Positions 1 through 9,004 of a DNA stretch of 64,000 bases are shown here, in pieces (within the stretch, counting starts at the first letter, position 1; each line of letters opens with the position of its first letter). The translations under genes and the position numbers were made by a program. The stretch lies in NCBI GenBank assembly GCA_964585475.1, contig CAZPDF010000003.1, positions 7,983-71,982 of the forward strand, written 5' to 3'. This DNA comes from an uncultured Candidatus Saccharibacteria bacterium. Its GTDB lineage: Bacteria; Patescibacteriota; Minisyncoccia; Sungbacterales; HO2-52-23. The notes below the pieces were generated by a model. The model searched no databases. It worked only from the letters and a program-made list of their open reading frames with translations, and was not told the origin of the DNA.

Positions 1-13
1 ATGGGGTTCTTTT

Positions 14-1393
14 TTAAGTACTATTTAGTTTTCTCACTTCTTCTTTGACTACTTCTCTGTCGTCCCAGGGAACCTTAGACCCATTCGGGCCCATGATCCA
101 TGACTCCGCGCCCTTGCCAGTGATAATAACCATGTCGCCCGCCTTGGCCGAGTGCAGGGCCGTACGGATAGCTTCGCGCCTGTCCAGAATTTTTCTTATG
201 GTTGGCGGTTGGCGGTTGGTAGTTGGCGGTTGCCGAAATCCTTGCACAATTTGTTCAAGGATTTCGGCGGGATTTTCGTCATATGGATCTTCATTGGTGA
301 GAATAATTTGGTCGCAAAAGCCCGTTGCAGTTTTTCCCATGACGGGCCGCTTCCATTTATCGCGTCCTCCACCAGCCGCACCCAAAACGCAAATCATGCG
401 CCCCCGGCCAGTCATCCTGAGTCCGCCGGTGGCGGAAGAAGGATCTCCTAGATTCTTCGCTTCGCTCAGAATGACGGAGCGATGCTGTAACGCACCATAC
501 ACCGCACGCAGTGAGTCGGGCGTGTGGGCATAATCGACAACCACCCCAAAGGGCGCGTGCTGGACAAACTCCATCCGCCCGGGAATTCCCGACATGCGTG
601 CGACAGCGCCTATGATTTTTTCCAATGAAATGCACAGGTTTAGGCCCGCGGAAATTGCCGCAAGTATGTTTAGAAAATTAAATTCCCCAAGGAGGGTAGA
701 GGAAATTGTGCGGCCGTTCACATCAAACGAAATCCCGCCGCCGCCAATCTCTATATTCTGTAGGACATGGGTTCTCTCTCCCATCACAACGCCTTCCTTG
801 CCATACCAATTTTTTTTTGCGGAGGTTGCCGAGGAAAACCTTTGCGCGTACGGGTCGTCACGGTTAATAATGGCCGCACCGTCCCTCGGCAGACGCCAGA
901 AAAGGTCAAGTTTTGCCCGAAGATAGCGCTCGAAGCTTCCGTGCGCCTCGATGTGCTCTGGGGAAACGTTGGTCATGACCGCCATGCGAAAATTGATGAA
1001 ACGGTGCCGGAATTGTTTCGTGCCCTCCGACGTCACTTCCAAAACCGCATGCGTGCAACCCGCGCGCCTGGCCTCATGCAAGAATTTCTGCAGGAAAAAT
1101 CTGCCCGGCATGGTCATTTTCTTATCATTTTTCTCCTCGCGGTCCTTTATGCGAAAACGCAGTGAGGATGCAGACGCGGTTTTCAGGCCGGCCTCGCGCA
1201 AAATCTCATGTATTAATTCCACGACGGTAGTTTTACCCTTGGTGCCGGTAACACCGATAACCATTAGCCGCCGCGACGGGAAACCGTAAAACAGCGCCGC
1301 AAAGAAGGCGAGAAATAAATGGTAGGCGGGTCGCAGAAAAGAAAAAACGCGGCTCGGTATTAATTTTTTAAATATCGCAAGCGTACGCTCCAT
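14..1393 (-). CDS. murE: Mur ligase, most likely UDP-N-acetylmuramoyl-tripeptide ligase MurE; carries two in-frame repeat insertions
   Basis: GVTGTKGKTT P-loop motif typical of Mur ligases, then DYAHTPDSL and GGGRDKWKRPVMG C-terminal domain motifs. A 22-aa stretch SVILSEAKNLGDPSSATGGLRMT (nt 411-476) and a RQPPTTN repeat (nt ~196-236) interrupt otherwise conserved regions. Confidence 0.7.
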   Translation of the reverse strand: MERTLAIFKKLIPSRVFSFLRPAYHLFLAFFAALFYGFPSRRLMVIGVTGTKGKTTVVELIHEILREAGLKTASASSLRFRIKDREEKNDKKMTMPGRFFLQKFLHEARRAGCTHAVLEVTSEGTKQFRHRFINFRMAVMTNVSPEHIEAHGSFERYLRAKLDLFWRLPRDGAAIINRDDPYAQRFSSATSAKKNWYGKEGVVMGERTHVLQNIEIGGGGISFDVNGRTISSTLLGEFNFLNILAAISAGLNLCISLEKIIGAVARMSGIPGRMEFVQHAPFGVVVDYAHTPDSLRAVYGALQHRSVILSEAKNLGDPSSATGGLRMTGRGRMICVLGAAGGGRDKWKRPVMGKTATGFCDQIILTNEDPYDENPAEILEQIVQGFRQPPTTNRQPPTIRKILDRREAIRTALHSAKAGDMVIITGKGAESWIMGPNGSKVPWDDREVVKEEVRKLNST

Positions 1394-1396
1394 AAG

Positions 1397-1879
1397 CTAG
1401 GGCCTGTTGATAATGCTGCCGATATATATTACCGCAACCGCTAGACTATTTACCAAAATAATTTTGAAGCTCGCGTCAATTCGATAATTTGGGGAAAATA
1501 GCGCGGTAAGGGCCGCCACCAGAAATAAAACCAGCCAGAGCAGAACGAATATCTCTCCTAAATATAAACTGGGGTGAGAGCGACGGCGCTTTCGGATTTC
1601 CTTCAAAATGACGTACACTCCGACCGCGCCTAAATACGGCTCCTGCAGCGCGTCAAGCAAAAAGAAAAGTAGAGAAGGCCCTTCTTCAAGGTGCTGAAAA
1701 AAAGCAAAAGCTAACGCCGCCAAATATAAATACGTGAATACGCCGAGTATCCAAAAAAGCCAGTCCACCGCCTCTTTTTTCAACATTTCCTCGCAGATTA
1801 TCTCGTCAAATTCCTCTCCGCGTCCGGAGGGTTTAACTATAAGACGACAGACGATTTTTTTGGCGGGAAGAAACCACAT
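1397..1879 (-). CDS. hypothetical polytopic membrane protein
   Basis: Several hydrophobic helices and no recognisable motif. The true start is probably internal (MLKKEAVDW...). Confidence 0.35.
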   Translation of the reverse strand: MWFLPAKKIVCRLIVKPSGRGEEFDEIICEEMLKKEAVDWLFWILGVFTYLYLAALAFAFFQHLEEGPSLLFFLLDALQEPYLGAVGVYVILKEIRKRRRSHPSLYLGEIFVLLWLVLFLVAALTALFSPNYRIDASFKIILVNSLAVAVIYIGSIINRP

Positions 1880-1889
1880 GGAGGAGAAC

Positions 1890-2909
1890 TTAAAACTTAG
1901 AACTTAGAGATCGGGCGAGGATATATGCCCTATAAAGCCACGGGCGATAAATAATATCAATCGTCGGAGGATATTCAACATCCTTGCCGCCGAAGCCCTG
2001 CTTAAACCGAGTGAGACCCGGCCAGCGTTTTTCATCGATTCCCCCAAAATCGTAATATTTGAATCCGTGGCGCTTGGCCTCCTGCATAATTCTCCAGTGG
2101 AGCAGATGCGGCGCCATCATCTCTCGGGACTCGCGGCTGGATGCGCCGTGAAGATAGGTGGCGGTGCCCGAGGGCTTGTAAAAATTTATCATGGCGGCGG
2201 CAAGCAGTTTTCCCTGAAATTCGGCAAAAAAAAGTTCGGTTGCACAGTTTTCCGATCGGACACTGGGCAGTTTAACGTAGTGCTCTCGCTCATGCAGATG
2301 GAATTCGTCTCGCACCGCGGTCTCTCGGAGAAGCGCGAGAAACCTAAGGATATTCTCGTTGTTATATGCGGCTTGCAAAGCGACCACTCCCTTGCGTTCG
2401 GCCAGACGAATGTTATAGCGCGTCTTATCGTGCATGGCCGCTAGCAATCCGTTTTCCGGTTTTTGAAGATCCGCAACAATGGTTCTTTGCGGCTGGACCG
2501 GTCTTGAAACTTTAAACTTTAAACTTCCAACTTTCAACTTTTCCGCGACGTCTATTCGCAAAAAAATAGCCCCCTCTTCGCGCGCGATATTCCTGGCACC
2601 CATCAAGAAATCGTTTACCCCGCCCTTGAACCCCGCTCTTTCGGAAAAGGGCGGGGTGAATGCTCCGTCTTGCCGCGGGGTTATCATAGCATTCGTGTTT
2701 ATCCTTACCGCAGGGCTTAACGCTCCGTGGTCAAGGGCGGGGTTTACTCCTTCACGAAAAACCGGCCGTGGGCAATATAAATAATGAAGGCCACGCCAAA
2801 GATCATGACGAATGAGCAGCACGCCGGCTACGCGGTGCGTTTCTCTGCCAATAAGTTTTTGGGATTCCTCCCATTCGGAGGACTGAAGGAATGAGGCTTG
2901 ACCTACCAT
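1890..2909 (-). CDS. FemAB-family peptidoglycan interpeptide-bridge aminoacyltransferase
   Basis: FemX/FemAB-like sequence over its length (KTRYNIRLAERKG..., FHLHEREHY..., ATYLHGAS..., HLLHWRIMQEAKRHGFKYYDFGG). Adjacent to murE. Confidence 0.55.
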   Translation of the reverse strand: MVGQASFLQSSEWEESQKLIGRETHRVAGVLLIRHDLWRGLHYLYCPRPVFREGVNPALDHGALSPAVRINTNAMITPRQDGAFTPPFSERAGFKGGVNDFLMGARNIAREEGAIFLRIDVAEKLKVGSLKFKVSRPVQPQRTIVADLQKPENGLLAAMHDKTRYNIRLAERKGVVALQAAYNNENILRFLALLRETAVRDEFHLHEREHYVKLPSVRSENCATELFFAEFQGKLLAAAMINFYKPSGTATYLHGASSRESREMMAPHLLHWRIMQEAKRHGFKYYDFGGIDEKRWPGLTRFKQGFGGKDVEYPPTIDIIYRPWLYRAYILARSLSSKF

Positions 2910-2950
2910 GGGAATACGTATACATTAAGGAGGTTTACTGGGGAGGATAT

Positions 2951-3463
2951 AAGATGCCCGCCACCGTCTCCGCGATGGAAGAAAAAATCAAACAAGAGCT
3001 TTTTCAAAAGGTTAAACCGGTATACCACCTTCGCGATTTCATTAAGTACCTGGGGGCTTCGCTGACCTATAAACCGGACCCGGAAACCGTGTTCATTGGC
3101 TTGGGTTGGGAACTATCGTTCGACATGGTGGGGGAAAGAATTGTCCTAGGCCATGATCACATTGCAACGCCAGAATTCATTGAACGATACGGTGATCGAG
3201 AAATTATCAATATAATTCTCGAGGTGTGGTTCGACTTCTATAACGAAGCGGATGGCGTGGACATTTACTTTAACTTACCCGAGCATCAAGATCTTCTTTC
3301 TTTAAAGAATGAGCCGGTTTGCATCGCTAACAATTATTATATGCTCCTTAGAAACATTCTTTGGCACCTCAAACAGACATCAGAGAAACGGGCGAAATAT
3401 TTAACTCCTCCGGACCCGAAAGATGTGCTGGCCAAAAGAGCAAAAGCATCTGGTCGTTCCTAG
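2951..3463 (+). CDS. hypothetical protein
   Basis: ORF with a plausible start at MPATVSAMEEK. No recognisable domain. Confidence 0.35.
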   Translation, partial: KMPATVSAMEEKIKQELFQKVKPVYHLRDFIKYLGASLTYKPDPETVFIGLGWELSFDMVGERIVLGHDHIATPEFIERYGDREIINIILEVWFDFYNEADGVDIYFNLPEHQDLLSLKNEPVCIANNYYMLLRNILWHLKQTSEKRAKYLTPPDPKDVLAKRAKASGRS

Positions 3464-3475
3464 TGGAACGACTTT

Positions 3476-4057
3476 TCATTTTCTTCCGCCGAGTTTCTTC
3501 AGCGCCTCCTTCACCTGCTTCTCGGCGCTGGCAATTTCTTTGGGAACTCCCGAGAGCGCCTCGCGCGCCTCTCTCTGCGAGTAACCGAGGGAAACCAACG
3601 CCTCAAGCGCGTCTGCTTCTTCTTTAAGTTCCGGGGCCTCTACGGTTACTCCGCGTCCGGCCATTTTTTCTTTAAGTTCGAGGACTATTTTCTCTGCGGT
3701 TTTTCTGCCAATTCCGGAAACACGCGTTAAATAAGAAGTGTCGCCAGAAGCAATGGCTTTTTTCAGCGTATCTACGGGGGCAATACCCAAAACCCCCAGA
3801 CCGCCTTTGGGGCCAATACCCGGAACCCCGAGCAGCGTATCAAATAGTTCAAGCTCCGCATACTGCAAAAATCCGTAAAGCTCCAGCGCGTCCTCCCGGA
3901 CATAGGTATGGGTCCAGACTTTGGCATTTTGTCCTTTTTCGGGTATTTTTTGCAGAGTTTCTCTCCCAACAAAAATTTTATAGCCAATCCCGCCAACATT
4001 TACCACCACATACTTCATTCCCTTAAACTCGATTTTGCCCTCAAGATACGCAATCAT
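3476..4057 (-). CDS. ruvA: Holliday junction DNA helicase subunit RuvA
   Basis: N-terminal OB-fold sequence MIAYLEGKI...VVNVGGIGYKI, helix-hairpin-helix motifs LLGVPGIGPKGGLGVL and RVSGIGRKTAEKI, and a C-terminal RuvB-binding domain. Confidence 0.85.
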   Translation of the reverse strand: MIAYLEGKIEFKGMKYVVVNVGGIGYKIFVGRETLQKIPEKGQNAKVWTHTYVREDALELYGFLQYAELELFDTLLGVPGIGPKGGLGVLGIAPVDTLKKAIASGDTSYLTRVSGIGRKTAEKIVLELKEKMAGRGVTVEAPELKEEADALEALVSLGYSQREAREALSGVPKEIASAEKQVKEALKKLGGRK

Positions 4058-4127
4058 TGCTTTCATTATAAAACAAATGGCTCGCCAAAGAAAATGGCCG
4101 CAAGTATGCCCGGTAGTAACTCTTCGA

Positions 4128-4200
4128 CTGTCGAACACTCAACGTATTGAGTGCTCGACAAAAAACGGCAGTAGTCGAAGACTACTGCCGGGTATGCGGC
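4128..4200. terminator. two adjacent hairpins between convergently ending minus-strand genes
   Basis: GTCGAACACTCAA-cgtat-TTGAGTGCTCGAC is a near-perfect inverted repeat. CGGCAGTAGTC-gaa-GACTACTGCCG is a perfect one. Confidence 0.45.
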
Positions 4201-4225
4201 TTATGATTGAACTACTTTTATGGAA

Positions 4226-4780
4226 TTATCGGATGGGGATCTTCCTCCCAAGAACTTCCGTCTGCCCTTCGTAAAGCGTGAGGTTTACGTGGGAAAAAAC
4301 CGGGTCATTGCGATACCAGTCTTGAACAATATCGCTTCCCCGCATCCACCCGCCGTCTTCCGCCTTCAGGAAGTTAATCACGCCCCGCGGAGTTAAAAAC
4401 CGCTTCCAGATTATCGTCTCGTAATTGCCGACTAGAAACGAGTGCACCATACCCATGCAATCCGGCAAAAAATCTCCCCCAACCCTCCGAGCCGGATCCG
4501 GCTGATAAAGAAAGGTACGCACGGTATGGAACGGCCGCGGAGCTCCCCAGGGCGGTCGCTCCTTTTCTAACTCCGCTTCCAAAAGCAAGACCAGCGACCA
4601 TCCGGAATCTTCGGGGTCCATTTCCTTCGGGCACTCGATCCCCGCTGCTCTTGATGGAGCCGGAAGCATAAAGGTGGTAGCGAATAAAACTAAAAGAGCG
4701 GCGACGACGCTAGATAAAAAGCGCATATTCGACCTCGCAGGAATTGATCTATCCGTACCGCACCCCGAATCCCCCGTCAA
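4226..4780 (-). CDS. secreted hypothetical protein with signal peptide
   Basis: N-terminal MRFLSSVVAALLVLFATTFMLPAPSRAAG fits a signal peptide. No recognisable domain. Confidence 0.45.
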   Translation of the reverse strand: MTGDSGCGTDRSIPARSNMRFLSSVVAALLVLFATTFMLPAPSRAAGIECPKEMDPEDSGWSLVLLLEAELEKERPPWGAPRPFHTVRTFLYQPDPARRVGGDFLPDCMGMVHSFLVGNYETIIWKRFLTPRGVINFLKAEDGGWMRGSDIVQDWYRNDPVFSHVNLTLYEGQTEVLGRKIPIR

Positions 4781-4822
4781 GTTTCAAAAACAAATACCGG
4801 CCGCGAGGCCGGATGAATAAAT

Positions 4823-5326
4823 CTATCTTGAGACCGGTGTTGGCAAGACCGGAGAGGGCACGGACGACTCGCGGGGGCTCTTGAGCCGAATCTCCATCCC
4901 TTGCGGAGAATTGCCCGGCCAGGGATCAAGCGTTACAGTTACAGTTACAGTCATCTCCAAGGTTTCCGCATCTAGAACATAGCCCACCCAGGCTCCCGCC
5001 CCATCAACCCAGCGGCCGTCCTGCAAGCGAATAGAGACAAAGGGATTAACCGCCCTATGATCCTTATCGAGCACGAAAACAGTACGAAGAAAGGGCTGCT
5101 CCCGGCACTCAATGAGGAGCGATTGGAGAAACCCTCGGCAGTTAGGAATCGAGGGGTGCTGGAACCAACGCATCACCACATATTGATCTTTGTGGATGTT
5201 GAGCGGGAGCCATTTGTCAAAGGAATCCAGAATGGCGTCGCACTTTTCTTTGGGGGCGGATATGTAGGGGCTGGCTCCCCCAGGAAGTACTGCCAACACT
5301 GCCAAAGCCAAAGCCGCACCCGTCAT
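4823..5326 (-). CDS. secreted hypothetical protein with signal peptide
   Basis: N-terminal MTGAALALAVLAVLPGGASP fits a signal peptide. Contains a TVTVTVT tract encoded by a GTTACA x3 repeat. Sits beside another secreted ORF. Confidence 0.45.
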   Translation of the reverse strand: MTGAALALAVLAVLPGGASPYISAPKEKCDAILDSFDKWLPLNIHKDQYVVMRWFQHPSIPNCRGFLQSLLIECREQPFLRTVFVLDKDHRAVNPFVSIRLQDGRWVDGAGAWVGYVLDAETLEMTVTVTVTLDPWPGNSPQGMEIRLKSPRESSVPSPVLPTPVSR

Positions 5327-5374
5327 TGCTTATTTCCTCTTTTACTGGTTCTACCAGAAGGATAAAATCTTTTA

Positions 5375-7354
5375 GTGTTCATGTCAAAATTTAAACTCGT
5401 ATCAAACTTTAAACCCACCGGCGACCAGCCACAGGCAATCGAGAAGCTTGCGGCGAATTTACGTGCCGGCGTGGAGCACCAAACACTTCTGGGCGTAACG
5501 GGTAGCGGCAAAACGTTTACTGTGGCAAACGTAATTGAGCGGGTGCAGAAACCGACCCTCGTCATCTCTCACAACAAAACTCTGGCCGCCCAACTCTATC
5601 AGGAATTCAAAGAATTTTTTCCGGCGAGTGTGGTGCATTATTTTGTATCCTACTACGACTACTATCAGCCCGAGGCCTATATCCCGCAAAGCGACACCTA
5701 CATAGAAAAGGACGCCAAGATCAATGAAATGATTGATGCCCTGCGGCACGCCTCAACCGCGTCGTTGCTCACCCGCCGCGATGTTATTATCGTTGCCTCG
5801 GTATCTTGCATCTACGGTATCGGAAACCCAGAAGAATATCAAAAAACTTCTATCGAAATAAAACCCGGCGAGAAAATCTCGCAAAAAAGCCTTATACGGC
5901 AGCTAGTGCTGCTTCAGTACACAAGAAACCCCATTGATCCGCGCCAAGGACATTTCCGCACTCGAGAAAATGTCATAGAAATATATCTGCCGTCGGGAGA
6001 GAACAAAATCTCCATAGAGATTGCGTACGGGAGAATCGCAAATATAAACGAATCAAAAGCTAATTTTGGCGGATCGCGTATCGAGATCAGTAAATGCCGG
6101 ATTTATCCTGCGAAACACTTTGTAACTCCGCAGGAAAAACTGGGGCTCGCAATAGAAAATATAAAAAAGGAGCTTAAGGAGCGCCTGGCCGAACTTAAAA
6201 AACGGGGCAAGGTCCTTGAAGCCGCGCGCCTGAAACAGCGGACAGAGTTTGACCTTGAAATGCTCGATCACACGGGCTACGTCAATGGAATTGAGAACTA
6301 CTCGCGGCATCTCGATTTCCGGAAATCCGGCACTCCTCCCTTTACGCTTATGGATTACTTTCACCATGCGCACGGCGGTAGTTTCCTTACCGTAATTGAT
6401 GAGTCGCACGCAACAGTCCCCCAGATTCGCGGAATGTACAACGGAGACCGTGCTCGAAAAGAAGTACTTATCGAGTACGGATTCCGTCTCCCCTCCGCAC
6501 TCGATAACCGCCCCCTCAAGTTCGAGGAGTTCAATAAAAAAGTGGATCAAGTAATTTACGTTTCCGCGACTCCGGCGCCGTATGAGCTCGAGCGGTCAAA
6601 TGTCGGGAGTCAGATGTCAACTGTCGTCGAACAACTCGTCCGCCCGACAGGAATCCTTGATCCCCAAACAGAAATCCGGCCCACCAAAAACCAGATTAAA
6701 GACGTCATTAAAGAAATCAAAAACCGTGTTGCCAAAAAAGAGCGATCGCTGGTGATGGCGCTCACCAAACGCCTGGCCGAGGATATTGCGGAGTATCTTA
6801 CCGAGGCCGGAATCAAGGCCGAGTATCTGCATTCTGAAATCAAGACCCTTGAGCGCCCGGAGGTTTTGAAAAAATTAAGAACCGGCGAACATGACGTGGT
6901 CGTGGGAATAAATCTCCTCCGCGAGGGGCTCGATCTTCCGGAGGTTTCGTTTATTGCGATCCTCGACGCCGATAAGGAGGGATTTCTGCGAAACGAAACC
7001 ACGTTGCTTCAAATAATCGGCCGCGCTGCTCGCCATACCAACGGAAAAGTTATTCTTTACGCTGACGCGGTCACCGGCTCCATGAGGGCGGCTATCAAAG
7101 AGACCGATCGGCGCAGAAAAATCCAGGAAGAGTATAATCGCGAGCACCAGATAACTCCTAAGAAAATCGAGAAGGCGATCCGCGAGTCGTTGCTTGAAGA
7201 ACTTAAAAAGGAAGGTGAAGTTCCGCTACCGGAAGGGCCTATCAAAGAAATCGTGAAGTCGCTGGAGAAAGAAATGAAAAGGGCGGTACGCGAGCTAAAC
7301 TTCGAGCTTGCGGCGCGTATCCGCGATAGGATAAAACAATTGACATCGCGCTAG
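5375..7354 (+). CDS. uvrB: excinuclease ABC subunit B
   Basis: Walker A GVTGSGKTFT, UvrB helicase motifs and a C-terminal UVR motif (ELNFELAARIRDRI). Confidence 0.95.
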   Translation: MFMSKFKLVSNFKPTGDQPQAIEKLAANLRAGVEHQTLLGVTGSGKTFTVANVIERVQKPTLVISHNKTLAAQLYQEFKEFFPASVVHYFVSYYDYYQPEAYIPQSDTYIEKDAKINEMIDALRHASTASLLTRRDVIIVASVSCIYGIGNPEEYQKTSIEIKPGEKISQKSLIRQLVLLQYTRNPIDPRQGHFRTRENVIEIYLPSGENKISIEIAYGRIANINESKANFGGSRIEISKCRIYPAKHFVTPQEKLGLAIENIKKELKERLAELKKRGKVLEAARLKQRTEFDLEMLDHTGYVNGIENYSRHLDFRKSGTPPFTLMDYFHHAHGGSFLTVIDESHATVPQIRGMYNGDRARKEVLIEYGFRLPSALDNRPLKFEEFNKKVDQVIYVSATPAPYELERSNVGSQMSTVVEQLVRPTGILDPQTEIRPTKNQIKDVIKEIKNRVAKKERSLVMALTKRLAEDIAEYLTEAGIKAEYLHSEIKTLERPEVLKKLRTGEHDVVVGINLLREGLDLPEVSFIAILDADKEGFLRNETTLLQIIGRAARHTNGKVILYADAVTGSMRAAIKETDRRRKIQEEYNREHQITPKKIEKAIRESLLEELKKEGEVPLPEGPIKEIVKSLEKEMKRAVRELNFELAARIRDRIKQLTSR

Positions 7355-7374
7355 TAATTCTCTATCCTACGTTC

Positions 7375-7644
7375 ATGCCCATAACTAAATCAGCCAAAAA
7401 GGCCCTGCGCCAGTCCCACAGACGGCGCGCACAAAACCTCATAAAAAAAGAGGCGTATAAACGCTTGGTAAAAGAGATCAAAAAGCATGTTACCTCCGGG
7501 AAAATGAAGGAGGCGGAGAAACTTCTTCCTCAACTCTATAAGGCGCTGGACAAGGCGGCCAAAACCAATGTCATCAAGAAAAACAAAGCCGCGCGTCTAA
7601 AATCGCGTTTGACTAAGCTCCTCCAACAAGCAACGAAAAAGTAA
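7375..7644 (+). CDS. rpsT: 30S ribosomal protein S20
   Basis: MPITKSAKKALRQSHRRRAQN... is the typical S20 N-terminus. Small basic protein. Confidence 0.9.
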   Translation: MPITKSAKKALRQSHRRRAQNLIKKEAYKRLVKEIKKHVTSGKMKEAEKLLPQLYKALDKAAKTNVIKKNKAARLKSRLTKLLQQATKK

Positions 7645-7657
7645 TCATGGGTATTAG

Positions 7658-7694
7658 TTACATAAAATTTCCGACGATCTTCGGAAATTTTATG
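7658..7694 (+). terminator. stem-loop after rpsT, candidate intrinsic terminator
   Basis: ACATAAAATTTCCGA-cgatc-TTCGGAAATTTTATGT is a perfect 15-bp inverted repeat immediately after the rpsT stop. Confidence 0.55.
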
Positions 7695-7739
7695 TAAGAA
7701 TCATTTTGGGTGGAAGTCCGCTAGCTAAAACGTTGGCGC

Positions 7740-8486
7740 CTACTTTCTGTTCCTCTCAAGTAACATGGCAAGCAGCGAATCCTGCGGACGTGAGATGCCG
7801 GTTTTAATCCGGTGGTCTTCTTCAAAGAAGCGGCGGAAAAAATAATGAAGCTGCTCGCGAGAAAATGAACGCACCATCGAAACGGCCTTTTTGGCAACAT
7901 AGGGATGAATGCCGGAGGAGGCCGGGACGGCTTTTCCCTGCTCGTCGTATGATTTTATCACCAAAAGTTTTCGCGCGTGGTTAGCCAGGTAGGAGAAAAG
8001 ATTAAAATCGTCGTGGCCCTGCGAAATAAGTTTCAGTAAATTCCGCAACGCTTCCCGCTTGGCTACAAAAAAAGTGTCGCCGAGTGCGAATACCGAGGCC
8101 TCTTTTCCGCCCGAGGCGGACCCGCCTACGGCGGAAAATTCCTGAACTTTTTGACAAAACGCACGCAATTTCTTAAGCTCCGGCCCTTCAAGCTCGCGAT
8201 CCCAAAGAATTATGGTGGCTTGCAGATCGTCCTTAAATGTCTCTAAAATTTTATAAAGATCTTCCTGGTACGGGCTGGCGGAAAAGTATTTGAGAACAAC
8301 CAGTTTCTTCGCCGCAAAGAGGGCGCCGGTTTGAAGCGCTCCTTTTATCTTGTCCGGCGATTCCTCTTCCGCGTCAAAAATATAGTAATTCAAGTTCGCT
8401 CCCGCGCGCGACCGGAATTCTTCAATAATTTCATTTAGTTTCTCGCGACTCCGCCAGGTGCCGCTTCCGTATAAAAGGTAAATCAT
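7740..8486 (-). CDS. holA: DNA polymerase III delta subunit (HolA-like), tentative
   Basis: Size and N-terminal pattern (IYLLYG...) resemble HolA. Similarity is weak. Confidence 0.45.
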   Translation of the reverse strand: MIYLLYGSGTWRSREKLNEIIEEFRSRAGANLNYYIFDAEEESPDKIKGALQTGALFAAKKLVVLKYFSASPYQEDLYKILETFKDDLQATIILWDRELEGPELKKLRAFCQKVQEFSAVGGSASGGKEASVFALGDTFFVAKREALRNLLKLISQGHDDFNLFSYLANHARKLLVIKSYDEQGKAVPASSGIHPYVAKKAVSMVRSFSREQLHYFFRRFFEEDHRIKTGISRPQDSLLAMLLERNRK

Positions 8487-9004
8487 TTTTGCACTGCGAT
8501 AAACTGGCGAATAATCATCTGGTTTCTTGATTCTAAATATTCGCCCGTGTAATCAAACCAGACGCGTAAAAAATCGTCCTGTTTTAATTTTCGCAGTTTA
8601 CCGATTTCGGGATCTTGAAGATAAATATACTGCCGGTCAAGCCCGACCACAATAGAGTAATGCCCATCGGCCACAGCTGAATTTGGATAGTCGCGTCGGC
8701 CGCGAGTAAACCAATTTACTATCACTGGAACTCCGCGCTTGGTATATCTTTCAACGTCCTTAAGTGATGCATTATTTTTAACTATTGGCTTAAGCTCAAA
8801 TTTTCGAACTACGTTTATAATTGTTTCGTCGCTCGTGCCACCTATTTTTGTGGTTCTGGCAAGTTTCGCAAGTTCCTTCTCGGATTTATTAATGCCATAA
8901 TATTGCAAAACCATTTTTAGCACGGCTGGCCCGCAGTAACCACTATTTAGCGTTTCCTGAAATGGTTTTATTTTTAGCAGCTTCATTTCTGGTGTCTGGG
9001 ACAA
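8483..9004 (-). CDS. standalone peptidase C39-like (papain-fold) cysteine peptidase domain protein
   Basis: GYCGPAVLKMVLQYYG catalytic-Cys motif and downstream GHYSIVVGLD catalytic-His motif. Overlaps the holA start by 4 bp. Confidence 0.5.
   Translation of the reverse strand: MSQTPEMKLLKIKPFQETLNSGYCGPAVLKMVLQYYGINKSEKELAKLARTTKIGGTSDETIINVVRKFELKPIVKNNASLKDVERYTKRGVPVIVNWFTRGRRDYPNSAVADGHYSIVVGLDRQYIYLQDPEIGKLRKLKQDDFLRVWFDYTGEYLESRNQMIIRQFIAVQK

Noticed and set aside
357-635. Multiple short ORFs inside murE on both strands (45-533 +, 152-451 +, 196-381 -, 357-635 -)
   Set aside because: They are nested in the well-supported Mur ligase frame. Some simply translate the repeat insertions.
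4374-4634. 86-aa ORF antisense/overlapping within the secreted protein gene 4226-4780
   Set aside because: Fully nested in a longer ORF with a convincing signal peptide. Gly/Ala/Ser-rich composition typical of an off-frame read of GC-rich sequence.
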